A program made the translations under genes and the position numbers. DNA of 64,000 bases from an uncultured Candidatus Rokubacteria bacterium (GTDB lineage: Bacteria > Methylomirabilota > Methylomirabilia > Rokubacteriales > CSP1-6). Shown piece after piece: positions 9,604-19,506 of the stretch; positions within the stretch are counted from its first letter, which is position 1, and each line of letters starts with the position of its first letter. The notes below the pieces were generated by a model, which did not search any database, was not told where the DNA came from, and saw only the letters and a list, made by a program, of their open reading frames with translations. The DNA lies in the NCBI GenBank assembly GCA_963758635.1, contig CAVWWD010000006.1:160001-224000 (forward strand), read 5' to 3'.

Positions 9604-11567
9604 GGCCCGGGCCGACAGCTCAGCCGCCCGAGCGCGGGACCTGCCGGAGGCGCGCCGTCCCGCGCCCGGGCATCCGACGGCGCCGGGCCCTCGGGCAGGT
9701 CCTCGGCGAGCGCGCGCGCCAGCTCCTCCGGTGTCAGCGAGCGGGCCAGGCGCTCGGTGACGGCCAGGGCCATGCGCTCGATCGTGGCCGCCTCCTGCAG
9801 CGCGCGCACCGGCGCGTCGCCCAGATGGAACACCTCGTGGACGCGCGCGAGCAGCCGCATCGCCGAGAGCGACTCGCCGCCCAGGTCGAGGAACTCGTCG
9901 TGGATCCCGACCGCGTCGATGCCGAGCGCGGCCGCCCACAGGTCGGCGAGCGCGGACTCCACGGGCGTCCGGGGAGCCACGTACGGCCCGGCCTCGATGG
10001 GCCGGACGGCGGCCGGCGCGGGCAGCCGCTGGCGGTCCACCTTCCCGCTCGACGTGAGCGGCAGCGCGGAGAGCAGCAGGAACGCGCTCGGCACCATGGG
10101 CCCGGGCAGGCGCCGCCGGGCGAACTCGCGAAGATCGCGCACGGTCGGCGCGGCCGACGGATCGGGAACGACGTAGGCGACCAGGCGCGGCTCGCCCGCG
10201 TGGTCGGGCTGCGTCATGACCGCGACGTCCTTGATCGCGGCGTGCCCGCGGAGCGCGTGCTCCACCTCGTTCGGCTCGATGCGATGTCCGCGCACCTTCA
10301 CGCGGAAGTCCTTGCGCCCGAGATGCACCAGGCAGCCGTCCGCCGTGAGCCGCCCCACGTCGCCCGTCCGGTAGATGCGGGCGTCGCCGCCGCCGGGATC
10401 GGGAGCGAAGGCGGCCGCGGTGAGGTCGGGACGCGCCCAGTAGCCCGGCGACAGGTAGCGGCTTCGCACCACGATCTCGCCGGTCTCGCCCGGGCCGACG
10501 GGGGCGCCGTCGTCGTCGAGCAGCAGGACCTCCATGCCGTCCACGGGGTAGCCCACCGGCACCGCGCCGTCCGACAGGGGCGTCGTGTCGTCCATGAAGA
10601 AGATGCGGGTGACGCCGGTCTCCGTGGAAGACAGCGCGTTGACGAGGAGCGCGTGCGTCCCGAAGCGGGCGCGGTAGCGCTCCACGTCGCGCGCGGAGAC
10701 CGTCTCGCTGCCCACCCGGATCAGGCGCAGCGTCGGGATGGCCTCGCCGTCGGCCAGCGTGTCCACGAAGCCGCGAAAGACGCTCGCGCTGGACGAGAAG
10801 ATCGTGATCCCCTCGTCGCGGAGCCAGTCGGCGAGCCCGGTCAGGCCCGCGGCCTTGAGGTCGCGGACGTGGAGCCCGGCGCCGTTGAGCACGGAGCGGT
10901 ACATGACCGTGCGGGCCTGGCCGGTGTGGAGCGCGGCGAGGAGCGTCATGCGGTCGGAGGCGGCAATGCGGAAGCGGTTGCCCACGCGCATGGCGTGGTG
11001 GAGGAGGTTCCGGTGGCTCTGCATCACGCCCTTCGGCCGCCCCGTCGAGCCGGAGGTGTAGACGATCTCCGCCAGCGCCTCCGGCGGGATCGCCAGCCCC
11101 GGATCTGTGGCTGCGCTACCGGCGAGTGCGGCGTCCAGATCGAGCGTGGCGCCCGCGTCGCCGAGCAGCGCGCGCCCGAGCGCGGTCCGGTCGGCCCGGG
11201 TCACGACGAGGCGCGGCGCCACCTCCTGGACGATCGCGTCCAGGCGCGCGCGCGGCGCCGCGGCGTCGAGGGGCACGTAGGACTTGCCGGCCTTCAGCAC
11301 GCCGAGGATCGCGGCGATCGCCGGCGCGCCCTGCTCGAGCAGGAGGCCCACCGAGCCCTCGCCGGGCCCGAGGGCGTCGAGCACGGCGTGCGCCACCCGG
11401 TTGGCGTCCCGGTTGAGCGCGTCGTACGTCAGGGCGCCGGACGCGTCACGAACGGCCACCCGATCCGGCGAGCGTCCCGCCACCGACTCGAACCGCTCGG
11501 GGATCGATCGCTCCACGTCCTTCGCGGGGAACGGGACGAACACGCCCGCCGGCTCGACGCGGCTCAC
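9534..11567 (-). CDS. Stand-alone NRPS-type adenylation + carrier protein didomain
   Basis: YTSGSTGRPKG, YRTGD, GRKDFRVKVRGHRIE, SGKVDR; PCP motif FLDLGGESL. Confidence 0.9.
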   Translation of the reverse strand: MSRVEPAGVFVPFPAKDVERSIPERFESVAGRSPDRVAVRDASGALTYDALNRDANRVAHAVLDALGPGEGSVGLLLEQGAPAIAAILGVLKAGKSYVPLDAAAPRARLDAIVQEVAPRLVVTRADRTALGRALLGDAGATLDLDAALAGSAATDPGLAIPPEALAEIVYTSGSTGRPKGVMQSHRNLLHHAMRVGNRFRIAASDRMTLLAALHTGQARTVMYRSVLNGAGLHVRDLKAAGLTGLADWLRDEGITIFSSSASVFRGFVDTLADGEAIPTLRLIRVGSETVSARDVERYRARFGTHALLVNALSSTETGVTRIFFMDDTTPLSDGAVPVGYPVDGMEVLLLDDDGAPVGPGETGEIVVRSRYLSPGYWARPDLTAAAFAPDPGGGDARIYRTGDVGRLTADGCLVHLGRKDFRVKVRGHRIEPNEVEHALRGHAAIKDVAVMTQPDHAGEPRLVAYVVPDPSAAPTVRDLREFARRRLPGPMVPSAFLLLSALPLTSSGKVDRQRLPAPAAVRPIEAGPYVAPRTPVESALADLWAAALGIDAVGIHDEFLDLGGESLSAMRLLARVHEVFHLGDAPVRALQEAATIERMALAVTERLARSLTPEELARALAEDLPEGPAPSDARARDGAPPAGPALGRLSCRPGPQVAGPATGAAPAAGPALVPITA

Positions 11568-11640
11568 CGGCGAGCTCCAACCTGGGCAATGAGGACACCA
11601 CGCAACACCGAGATGCGGGCACGAGGCATCGTGCGGCGGA

Positions 11641-12687
11641 TCAGAGCTTGGGCGCCACCTGCTCGACGAAGCGCCGCATCGAGCGCTCGACCTCCTCGCG
11701 CGGCAGCCGGGAGCCCTGATCGAACCAGCAGATGATCTCCGACAGCCCGAGCTCGTCGCGGGCGGCCTGGAGCCGGTCGACCAGCTCCGCGGCGTCGCCG
11801 AACATGCCCTGGTCGCGGCAGAACTTCTCGTACGGCAGGTTGGCCAGGTTCTCCTCGATCATGCGCAGGCGCGGCAGGTGATCGGTCACTGTCGGGGGCA
11901 GGTCGGAGAAGATGACCTGGAGGTTCTGGTAGTACTGGAGGACGCCCGGCCGCATCGCCTCCCGCGCCGCCGCCGGCCCCGCGCCGACGTGCACCGGGAA
12001 CATGAGCGCCATCTGGTCGCCGCCCCACGCGTGCCCGCCGGCGGCGAGCCGCGCGCGGTAGAGCGCCATGTACTCGCGGAGCTGGGGCAGCGGCGTGGTC
12101 GTGGTGCCCGAGTAGATCGGCAGCCCGAGGCCGCCGATGTGCTCGAAGCTCTCCGCGGTGTGCACGGCCACACGGATGGGCGGGTGCGGCTGCTGCACGG
12201 GCTTCGGCACCACGCGGAGGTTCTCCACCTGGTAGAAGCGCCCCTGGTAGGTCACACGCTCCTGCGTCCACGCGAGGCGGATGATCTCCAGCGCCTCGTC
12301 GAAGCGCGCGCGATTCTCCGCCACCGGGACGCGGAACCCGTGGAACTGCGTGGGGATCGACCCGCGCCCCACGCCGAACTCCAGACGCCCGTCCGACAGG
12401 ATGTCGGCCATGGCCGCCTGCTCGGCCAGGTGGAGCGGGTGGTGGAGCGGCAGCAGCGTCACCGCGGTGCCGATCCGGATGCGCCGCGTGCGCTGCGCGA
12501 TCGCCGGGACGGCCATGAGGGGCTGCGGCAGCAGCGAGAAGGCGCCGCCGAAGTGGATCTCGGCGAGCCACGCCACGTCGAACCCCAGCGACTCGCCGAA
12601 CGCGATGAGGTCGAGCATCTCCGCGTATCGCTCGGCGTGGGTGCGGCCTGGAGACTCCGACGCCTGGAAGAAGAGGCCGAAGCGCAT
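11641..12687 (-). CDS. LLM-class flavin-dependent monooxygenase
   Basis: MRFGLFF, WLAEIHF, IGTAVTLLPLHHP, GRLEFGVGRG, PKPVQQPHPP. Confidence 0.9.
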   Translation of the reverse strand: MRFGLFFQASESPGRTHAERYAEMLDLIAFGESLGFDVAWLAEIHFGGAFSLLPQPLMAVPAIAQRTRRIRIGTAVTLLPLHHPLHLAEQAAMADILSDGRLEFGVGRGSIPTQFHGFRVPVAENRARFDEALEIIRLAWTQERVTYQGRFYQVENLRVVPKPVQQPHPPIRVAVHTAESFEHIGGLGLPIYSGTTTTPLPQLREYMALYRARLAAGGHAWGGDQMALMFPVHVGAGPAAAREAMRPGVLQYYQNLQVIFSDLPPTVTDHLPRLRMIEENLANLPYEKFCRDQGMFGDAAELVDRLQAARDELGLSEIICWFDQGSRLPREEVERSMRRFVEQVAPKL

Positions 12688-12736
12688 GTCCGCCAGCATA
12701 CGGATAACTGACGGGCTTCGCCACGGCCACGTTGCA

Positions 12737-12853
12737 TTGCGAGCTGAGCCGCAGGCGAGGCGAGCGCATCCAAAAATGCTGTGGAATCAACCGCCAACTT
12801 GGCGGTTTGCTCTGCCCTTGCCCTCCGCAATTCGTCGACGCGGATTCCCAATC
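12737..12853. repeat. Intergenic structured repeat copy 2
   Basis: Matches 8797-8854; perfect palindrome AACCGCCAA-C-TTGGCGGTT (12789-12807); GGAATC/GATTCC outer pairing. Confidence 0.65.
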
Positions 12854-12878
12854 CTGGTACGGGCCGTGACCGGTCGGC

Positions 12879-14006
12879 TCACAGGCCGTGGATCGGGAAG
12901 ACCTTCTCCCGGAGGCTCTCCACCTGGCGGGCCGCGTACTGCTCCGCCGACGTCCGGGTGTCGGGCGGCAGCTCGGCCTCGGGGTCCCAGAGCGACATGA
13001 CGGCCAGGCCGAGGCGGCGCATGTCGGCGTGCGAGCCCGCCGGCAGGGCGGCGTCGAGCGTCACGCCGTTGAGGGCGGCCCACGCCGCCGTCCACGCGCG
13101 CGCCACGTTCGGGAGGTGATACCCGCCGCCGCCCAGCGCGACCACGCGCGGCGCCGCCTCGAGGAGCCGGCGCACCACCGCGTCGAAGCCCTGGACGGTG
13201 AGCGCCAGGTGCGTGAGGGGATCGGTGCGGTGCGAGTCGATCCCGAGCTGCAGCACGAGCACGTCGGGCGCGAACGCGCGGAGCAGCGGCGGCACCACCG
13301 CCTCGAACGCCGGCCGGTACACGGCATCGTCGGTGAACGGCTGGAGCGGCAGGTTCACGGAGAAGCCGCGGCCCTCGCCCTCGCCGAGCTCGTCCACGAA
13401 CCCGGTGCCGGGGAAGAGCCGGTCGCCGCGCTCGTGGGTGGAGATGGTGAGCACGGCGGGGTCGTCGTAGAAGGCCCACTGCACGCCGTCGCCGTGATGC
13501 GCGTCGATGTCGACGTAGGCCACGCGCCAGCCCCGGCGCCGGAGCGCCATGATGGCGAGCACGGCGTCGTTGACGTAGCAGAAGCCGGAGGCGCGGTCGG
13601 GCATGGCGTGGTGGAGCCCGCCCGCGAAGTGGAACGCGCGGTCCACCTCGCCCTCGGCCACGAGGCGCGCGGCGAGGAGGGAGCCGCCCGCGACGAGCTG
13701 CGCCGCCTCCCAGATCCCGGGGAAGATGGGATTGTCGCCGGGGCCGAGGCCGTACCGGGGCGCGTCCGGCATCCACTGTCCGGCGTCGAGCCCGCGCAGC
13801 ACCTCGATGTACTCGGCGTCGTGGAAGCGCGCGATCTCCGTCACGTCGGCGGGCTCGGGCGCGATGACGCGGGCGCGCGGGAGCGCGGTCAGCCCGTAGG
13901 CCTCCATCAGCCGCCACGTGAGCCCCAGCCGCTCCATCCGGAGCGGATGCTCCGGACCGTAGTCGAAGCGCCGCCACGCCTCGCTGTGGATGAGCGCGGC
14001 CTTCAT
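12879..14006 (-). CDS. acuC: Acetoin utilization protein AcuC / Zn-dependent deacetylase
   Basis: YGPEHPL, GGLHHA, GFCYVND, YVDIDAHHGDG, FPGTG, GIDSHRTDPL, GGGGY. Confidence 0.9.
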   Translation of the reverse strand: MKAALIHSEAWRRFDYGPEHPLRMERLGLTWRLMEAYGLTALPRARVIAPEPADVTEIARFHDAEYIEVLRGLDAGQWMPDAPRYGLGPGDNPIFPGIWEAAQLVAGGSLLAARLVAEGEVDRAFHFAGGLHHAMPDRASGFCYVNDAVLAIMALRRRGWRVAYVDIDAHHGDGVQWAFYDDPAVLTISTHERGDRLFPGTGFVDELGEGEGRGFSVNLPLQPFTDDAVYRPAFEAVVPPLLRAFAPDVLVLQLGIDSHRTDPLTHLALTVQGFDAVVRRLLEAAPRVVALGGGGYHLPNVARAWTAAWAALNGVTLDAALPAGSHADMRRLGLAVMSLWDPEAELPPDTRTSAEQYAARQVESLREKVFPIHGL

Positions 14007-14534
14007 GCCATCTTCCGCGGCCGGCCCGTCCCGCGCCGGCGCCAGGTTCCCGACGTCGCCCCCGGACTTGTGGAGCAGGCGCAGGCCGGTGAGGACGACG
14101 CCACGGTCCACCGCCTTGACCATGTCGTACACGGTGAGGCCCGCCACCGCGGCGGCGGTGAGCGCCTCCATCTCCACGCCGGTCTTGTCCACCGTGCGCA
14201 CGCGAGCTTCCACGGTGATCGTGGAGCGGCGGCGGTCGAGGGCGAACGTGACGTCCGCGCCCGTGATGCGCAGTGGATGGCAGAGCGGGATCAGGTCGGG
14301 CGTGCGCTTGGCCGCCATGATGCCGGCGGTCCGCGCCACGCCGAGCACGTCGCCCTTGGCCATCTGGCCGGCGCGCACGGCGGACAGGGTGGCGGGCTGG
14401 AGCTTGAGGGTGACCTGGGCCACGGCCTCGCGGACAGTCTCGGCCTTGGCGGACACGTCCACCATGCGTGCATCACCGGCAGGTGTGAGGTGAGAGAGGC
14501 CGCGAAAGCCCGCCCTCTCTCGGGACGGGACCAT
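14003..14534 (-). CDS. moaC: Cyclic pyranopterin monophosphate synthase MoaC (1-nt insertion near 14055 fuses it to acuC)
   Basis: MVDVSAK, LIPLCHPL, TGVEMEAL, YDMVKAVD; removing one base gives KSGGTSGTW...MA-stop overlapping the acuC ATG. Confidence 0.9.
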
Positions 14535-14564
14535 TGGGAAGGACCGGAAGGCGCGCGGCGCGCG

Positions 14565-14795
14565 TCAGGCGGGGGTGGCAGCGCGGGCCTGCCGGATCAT
14601 CACCTCCATGCGATCCTTGGCGATGAGCTTCAGCTTCTTCAGCTCGCTCACCCGCCAGTGCTGATCGGCCGACAGGAACCCGCGCCCGTTGAGCGCGCTG
14701 AGCTCCTGCTCGTAGCTCCGGTGCTCTTCGCGGAGCTTGCGGAACTCGTCATTCTCGGCCGACAGCCGCTCGATCAGGGCGTCCGTATCGGGCAT
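14565..14795 (-). CDS. DUF465/YdcH-family small coiled-coil protein
   Basis: FRKLREEH...ELKKLKLIAKD; AAGGAGG RBS. Confidence 0.75.
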   Translation of the reverse strand: MPDTDALIERLSAENDEFRKLREEHRSYEQELSALNGRGFLSADQHWRVSELKKLKLIAKDRMEVMIRQARAATPA

Positions 14796-14880
14796 GCATC
14801 CCTCCTTGCGGTCATCCGAGCGAGGGTCCCACCCCGGCGCCGCTCTCGCCGGCTCCGGGCTGCCTCTTGCTTTGCCCCCG

Positions 14881-14910
14881 CTTATACCCCCCGCTCTGGC
14901 GGGGTGTCAA
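14881..14910 (-). promoter_or_regulatory. Sigma70-like promoter for DUF465-moaC-acuC
   Basis: TTGACA-N18-TATAAG. Confidence 0.5.
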
Positions 14911-16016
14911 GGCGGAGCGGGCCGAAGCACGTGGAGCGCGGTGGCCTTGAACTGCGCGACCACCTCCGATCCCGGCCCGAGGCGCATCTCCTCCACGGAG
15001 CGGCGCGTCACGAGCGCCGAGAGCTCGAACCCGCAGTCGATCCCCACGCGGAGGTGGGGCCCGGCGGGCACGATCCGCGCGACGCGCCCGGCGATCCGGT
15101 TGCGCGCGCTCCGGCCGCCGTCGGTCGCCGACCCGATCACGATGGTGACATCCTCGGGCCGCAGGCAGAGGCGCACGCGCTCCCCCGCCCGCGCGGGCGC
15201 CGCCACCTCGATCACGTGGCCGCCCGCTTCGACCACCGCCACGTCCCGATCCATCGAGACGACGACGCCGTCCAGGATGGTCTCGACGCCCACGAAGCGC
15301 GCGACCTCCTCCGACGCGGGCGACCGGAACACGCGCGCGGTCTCGTCCACCTGGGCGATGCGGCCGGCGAAGAGCACGGCCGTGCGGTCGGCGAGGGCGA
15401 GAGCCTCGGCACGGTCGTGGGTGACGAGCACGGTGGCCATGCCGCGGCGCCGGAGGATGGGGCCGATGTCGCCGATGAGCGCTTCGCGGCTCGGCTGATC
15501 GAGGGCGGAGAAGGGCTCGTCGAGGAGCAGGAGGTCCGGGGCGAGCACGAGCGCGCGCGCCAGGGCCGTGCGCTGGGCCTCGCCGCCGGACAGCGTGCGG
15601 GCCTGGCGGCGCGCGAGGCCGGCGATGCCGAGCCGCTCCAGCCATTCCGTGGCGCGCCGCGCGATCTCGCTTCGCGGCGTCCCGCGGAAGCGGAGGCCCA
15701 TGCCCACGTTGTCGAGCACCGTGGCATCGGCGAGGAGCGGCTCCTGGAACACCGCGGCCGTGCGGCGGCGCACGTCCAGGGCCCGCGCGGGCGACACCGG
15801 CAGCCCGAGGAAGCGCACGCTCCCGGTGGCGGGAGTCTCGAGGAGGCCGAGGATCCTGAGCAGCGTGGACTTGCCCGCGCCGTTGGGGCCGATCACCGCG
15901 AGCACCTCGTCCGGGCTCACGGCCAGCGCGGGCGCGTCCAGCACCACCCGGCCGTCGCGCGCCACGGTGACGGCCTCGATCGCGACCACGGACGGCGGCG
16001 CCGCCGTCTCCGTCAT
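14907..16016 (-). CDS. Tungstate/molybdate ABC transporter ATPase with TOBE domains (TupC/WtpC-like)
   Basis: GPNGAGKS, LSGGEAQR, LLLDEP, SARN TOBE motif. Confidence 0.85.
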   Translation of the reverse strand: MTETAAPPSVVAIEAVTVARDGRVVLDAPALAVSPDEVLAVIGPNGAGKSTLLRILGLLETPATGSVRFLGLPVSPARALDVRRRTAAVFQEPLLADATVLDNVGMGLRFRGTPRSEIARRATEWLERLGIAGLARRQARTLSGGEAQRTALARALVLAPDLLLLDEPFSALDQPSREALIGDIGPILRRRGMATVLVTHDRAEALALADRTAVLFAGRIAQVDETARVFRSPASEEVARFVGVETILDGVVVSMDRDVAVVEAGGHVIEVAAPARAGERVRLCLRPEDVTIVIGSATDGGRSARNRIAGRVARIVPAGPHLRVGIDCGFELSALVTRRSVEEMRLGPGSEVVAQFKATALHVLRPAPP

Positions 16017-17158
16017 GTCCCGGGCAGGACGTGAATGGCTCCGCGGTGCATCGACACCTGCCAGCGCGCGTCGTGGGCGATGTCGAGCATCTCGTACACG
16101 AGCCGCGGCACCTCGATCTCCAGGTCCCAGTCGCCCTGGGCCGGCGGCTGATCACCGCCCGGCGCCGCCTCCACGAGGAACTGCAGGATGTACGACGTGC
16201 CCTGATCGAGCGCGCGCACCACGCGCCCCTCCATCAGGTTCATGTGGTGCGGGTCGGGACGCGGCGCGAGACGATCCTTCCGGACGAGGCGCACGTACTC
16301 GGGGCGGACGAAGAACGTCACCGGCGCCTCGGCGGCCGGCCGCCACCGGCGCGTCGTCGAGTTGATCGCCTCGAGCAGGTACCCCTTCCAGCGGAGCTGG
16401 ACGATCTCCGGCGTGGCCTTGAGGGCGACGCCGGCGAGGATGTTCCGGATGCCGATGAGCCGCGCCACCTGGCCCGACGCCGGGCTCGAGAGCACTTCGG
16501 ACTTGGGCGCGGCCTGGATGATCCGGCCGCCATCGTAGACGACGATGCGATCGGCCAGCTCGAACGCCTCGGCGAGGTCGTGGGTCACAAGGACGGTGGC
16601 GATGTGGAAGTCGCGGATGATCCGCCCGAGCTCGGCGCGGACGGCGCGACGGAGCGGCCCGTCGAGCGCGGACAGCGGCTCGTCGAGCAGGAGCAGCGCG
16701 GGATCGGGAGCCAGCGCGCGTCCGAGCGCCACCCGCTGCTGCTGCCCGCCGGACAGCTCGCGAGGACGCCGCTCCGCGAGCGCCGCGAGCCCGAGGCGCT
16801 CCAGCACCTCGCCGACGCGCGCGCGCCGGCGCTCGCGCGGCCAGTGGGCGATCCCGAAACCCACGTTGCCGGCCACGCTCAGGTGCGGGAAGAGCGCGTA
16901 GCCCTGGAACACGTAGCCCAGGCCGCGCTGCTGCGGCGGGACGTCCACGCCGGTGGCGCTGTCGAAGAAGACGCGCCCGTCCACCTCGACGTGGCCCGAG
17001 TCCGGCCGGGCCACCCCGGCCAGGCACTGGAGCGTCAGCGTCTTGCCCGCCCCCGATGGCCCGAACAGGGCGACCACCGGATCGTCCGCGTCCCAGGCCA
17101 CGTCCAGCGTGAAGCCGGGCAGCGCCTTGATGAGGCGCGCGTGGACGCGTCCGCTCAT
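16013..17158 (-). CDS. modC: Molybdate ABC transporter ATPase
   Basis: GPSGAGKT, YVFQGYALFPHL, LSGGQQQR; ATG overlaps modB stop. Confidence 0.8.
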   Translation of the reverse strand: MSGRVHARLIKALPGFTLDVAWDADDPVVALFGPSGAGKTLTLQCLAGVARPDSGHVEVDGRVFFDSATGVDVPPQQRGLGYVFQGYALFPHLSVAGNVGFGIAHWPRERRRARVGEVLERLGLAALAERRPRELSGGQQQRVALGRALAPDPALLLLDEPLSALDGPLRRAVRAELGRIIRDFHIATVLVTHDLAEAFELADRIVVYDGGRIIQAAPKSEVLSSPASGQVARLIGIRNILAGVALKATPEIVQLRWKGYLLEAINSTTRRWRPAAEAPVTFFVRPEYVRLVRKDRLAPRPDPHHMNLMEGRVVRALDQGTSYILQFLVEAAPGGDQPPAQGDWDLEIEVPRLVYEMLDIAHDARWQVSMHRGAIHVLPGT

Positions 17159-17820
17159 GCCAGCCTCGCGCCCAGCCGCCCCGCCACCAGCAGGACCACG
17201 CAGGAGAGCACGGTGAGGGCCCCCACGAGCACCATCGCCTCGCCGCTCTCGCCGGTCTGCACGGCGGTGTAGATGGCGAGCGGCACGGTGGCGGTCCGGC
17301 CGGGGATGTTGCCGGCGAGCATGAGCGTGGCGCCGAACTCGCCCAGGGCACGCGCGAAGGCGAGAACGAGACCGGCGATGATCCCGTTCTTCGCCAGCGG
17401 CAGCGTCACCGACAGCGCGGTGGCCCACTCCGACCGGCCGAGCGTGTAGGCCGCGCGCTCGAGGTTCACGTCCACCGACTCGATGGCCGCGCGCGCCGTC
17501 CGCACCAGGAGCGGCAGGGCCATCACGGTGGCGGCGATCACGGCGGCGTACCAGGTGAAGGCCACCGTCCAGCCCGTGGCGGCGTACAGCGGGGCGCCGA
17601 GCCAGCCGCGCCGGCCGAGCAGCACGATGAGGTAGTAGCCGGTCACGGTGGGCGGCAGCACCAGGGGCAGCATCACCAGCAGGTCCACGATGTTCCGGCC
17701 CCAGAAGCGCCGCCGGGCGAGGACGTAGGCCAGGGGGATCCCGATCAGCGCGTTCAGCACGGTGGCCGCCACCGCTACCTGCACGGACAGCCGGAGGGCG
17801 GCGAGCGCCTCGGCGGTCAC
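17155..17820 (-). CDS. modB: Molybdate ABC transporter permease
   Basis: LPLVLPPTVTGYYL, AFARALGEFGATLMLAGNIPGRT. Confidence 0.92.
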   Translation of the reverse strand: MTAEALAALRLSVQVAVAATVLNALIGIPLAYVLARRRFWGRNIVDLLVMLPLVLPPTVTGYYLIVLLGRRGWLGAPLYAATGWTVAFTWYAAVIAATVMALPLLVRTARAAIESVDVNLERAAYTLGRSEWATALSVTLPLAKNGIIAGLVLAFARALGEFGATLMLAGNIPGRTATVPLAIYTAVQTGESGEAMVLVGALTVLSCVVLLVAGRLGARLA

Positions 17821-17928
17821 GGGTGAATCGGGGGGCGCGGCGCGGGGATGGGACGGCAGGGGAAGGGCGTCATCGCGCCCCGATTATGCCATCCCGGCCG
17901 CGCGGCCCCGCCGCCTCAGCTCGCAAGG

Positions 17929-18627
17929 CTAGCCCGGACGGCGGCGCTGCTGGATCGACGTGAGGGCCCAGTTCACGAGGAAGGTGATGCCGAGCAGGAT
18001 GAGCGACAGCGCGATCGCGATGTCGAAGTTGCCCTTGCCCGTCTCCAGCACCGTCGCGGTGGTGAGCACGCGCGTGGAGCCCTTGATGTTGCCGCCGACC
18101 ATCATGGACGCGCCCACCTCGGAGATGACGCCGCCGAAGCCCGCCATGACCGCGGCGAGCATGGGCAAGCGGGCCTCCTTCAGGAGCGCCCACACCATCT
18201 GCGGGCGCGAGGCGCCGAGGGCGAGCAGCTGCAGCCGGAAGCGCGCCGGGATCTGCTGCACGGCGGCCAGCGTGAGGCCGGTCACGATCGGCGCGGCGAT
18301 GACGAGCTGGGCCAGCACCATGGCCGCCGGCGTGTAGAGCAGCTCGAAGGCGCCGAACGCTCCGTTCCGCCAGAGCAGGATGGTCACGAAGAGCCCGACG
18401 ACCACGGGCGGCAGGCCCATGCCGGTGTTGACGGCGCTGATCACCAGCGCGCGGCCGGGGAACCGCGCCAGCGCCAGCACGGTGCCCGCGGGAATCCCGA
18501 CCACGAGCGAGAGCAGCGTGGCCCCGCACGAGATCTGGAGCGACAGGAGCGTGACCGCCCAGATCTCCGGATCGCCGGCGAGGAGCAGCCGGAAGGCCTG
18601 GACGACGCCTTCCGCGATCAGGCCCAT
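17929..18627 (-). CDS. tupB: Tungstate ABC transporter permease
   Basis: NTGMGLPPVVVGL, ISEVGASMMVGGNIKGSTRVLTT. Confidence 0.88.
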   Translation of the reverse strand: MGLIAEGVVQAFRLLLAGDPEIWAVTLLSLQISCGATLLSLVVGIPAGTVLALARFPGRALVISAVNTGMGLPPVVVGLFVTILLWRNGAFGAFELLYTPAAMVLAQLVIAAPIVTGLTLAAVQQIPARFRLQLLALGASRPQMVWALLKEARLPMLAAVMAGFGGVISEVGASMMVGGNIKGSTRVLTTATVLETGKGNFDIAIALSLILLGITFLVNWALTSIQQRRRPG

Positions 18628-18636
18628 CGCGGGGGT

Positions 18637-19506
18637 CTAGAAGTCCTCGTCCTTCTTGCCGGCGATGGGGACGAACAGCGCCTGGCCGTACTTGTCCACG
18701 CCGAACGTCTTGATGACCCCCTGGACCTCCGGCGACAGCATGAAGTCGGCGAAGGCCTTGCCGCCCGCCTGGTTGACGCGGGGCCCGTTCGCCGGGTTCA
18801 CCTCCATCACCGAGTAGATGTTCAGGAGGGGCCGGTCGCGCTCGACGAGGATGGGCAGCGTGATCCGCTTCTGGAACGCGAGCCACGTCCCGCGGTCGGT
18901 CAAGGTGTACGCGCGCCGGTCGTTGGCGATGCCGAGCGTCTGCCCCATCCCCTGCCCCGACTCGATGTACCAGGCGCCCTTCGGCTCGACGCCCGCGGCC
19001 TTCCAGAGCGACTGCTCGAGGACGTGGGTGCCGGACTTGTCCCCGCGCGAGACGAAGCGCGACTGGGCGGCGGCGATGCGGCGCATCGCCTCGTCGGCCT
19101 TCACGCCCTTGACCTTCGCGGGATCGTCCTCGGGGCCGATCACGACGAAGTCGTTGTACATGACGAGCCGCCGGTTCCGCATCTTGCCGTCCTCGACGTA
19201 CTTCTTCTCCACGCTCGGCGCATGCGCGAGCGTCACGTCGGCCTCGCCGCGCGCGGCCAGGGCCAGGGCCTGCCCCGTGCCCACGGAGATCGTCTTCACC
19301 GTCATCCCGGTCTTCTTCTCGAACATCGGGACGAGCACGTCGAGGAGCCCGGAGTCCTGGGTGCTCGTCGTCGTCGACAGGATGACGATCTGCGAGGGGG
19401 GGGCCTGGGCGCGGGCGCCGCTCCACCCGAGGCCGAGGACAACGAGGGCGGCGAGGAACCCGAGGGCGGCTCGGCGGGTGGCACGGGTAGATGCGCGACG
19501 GTTCAT
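18637..19506 (-). CDS. tupA: Tungstate ABC transporter substrate-binding protein
   Basis: Signal peptide; TTTSTQDSGLL, VGTGQAL, FVSRGDKSGTH, GQGMG. Confidence 0.9.
   Translation of the reverse strand: MNRRASTRATRRAALGFLAALVVLGLGWSGARAQAPPSQIVILSTTTSTQDSGLLDVLVPMFEKKTGMTVKTISVGTGQALALAARGEADVTLAHAPSVEKKYVEDGKMRNRRLVMYNDFVVIGPEDDPAKVKGVKADEAMRRIAAAQSRFVSRGDKSGTHVLEQSLWKAAGVEPKGAWYIESGQGMGQTLGIANDRRAYTLTDRGTWLAFQKRITLPILVERDRPLLNIYSVMEVNPANGPRVNQAGGKAFADFMLSPEVQGVIKTFGVDKYGQALFVPIAGKKDEDF

Noticed and set aside
12879..14534. Apparent MoaC-AcuC fusion (551 aa)
   Set aside because: Deleting one base near 14055 restores the MoaC KSGG.SG.W ending and a TGA overlapping the acuC ATG, so it is most likely an indel artefact
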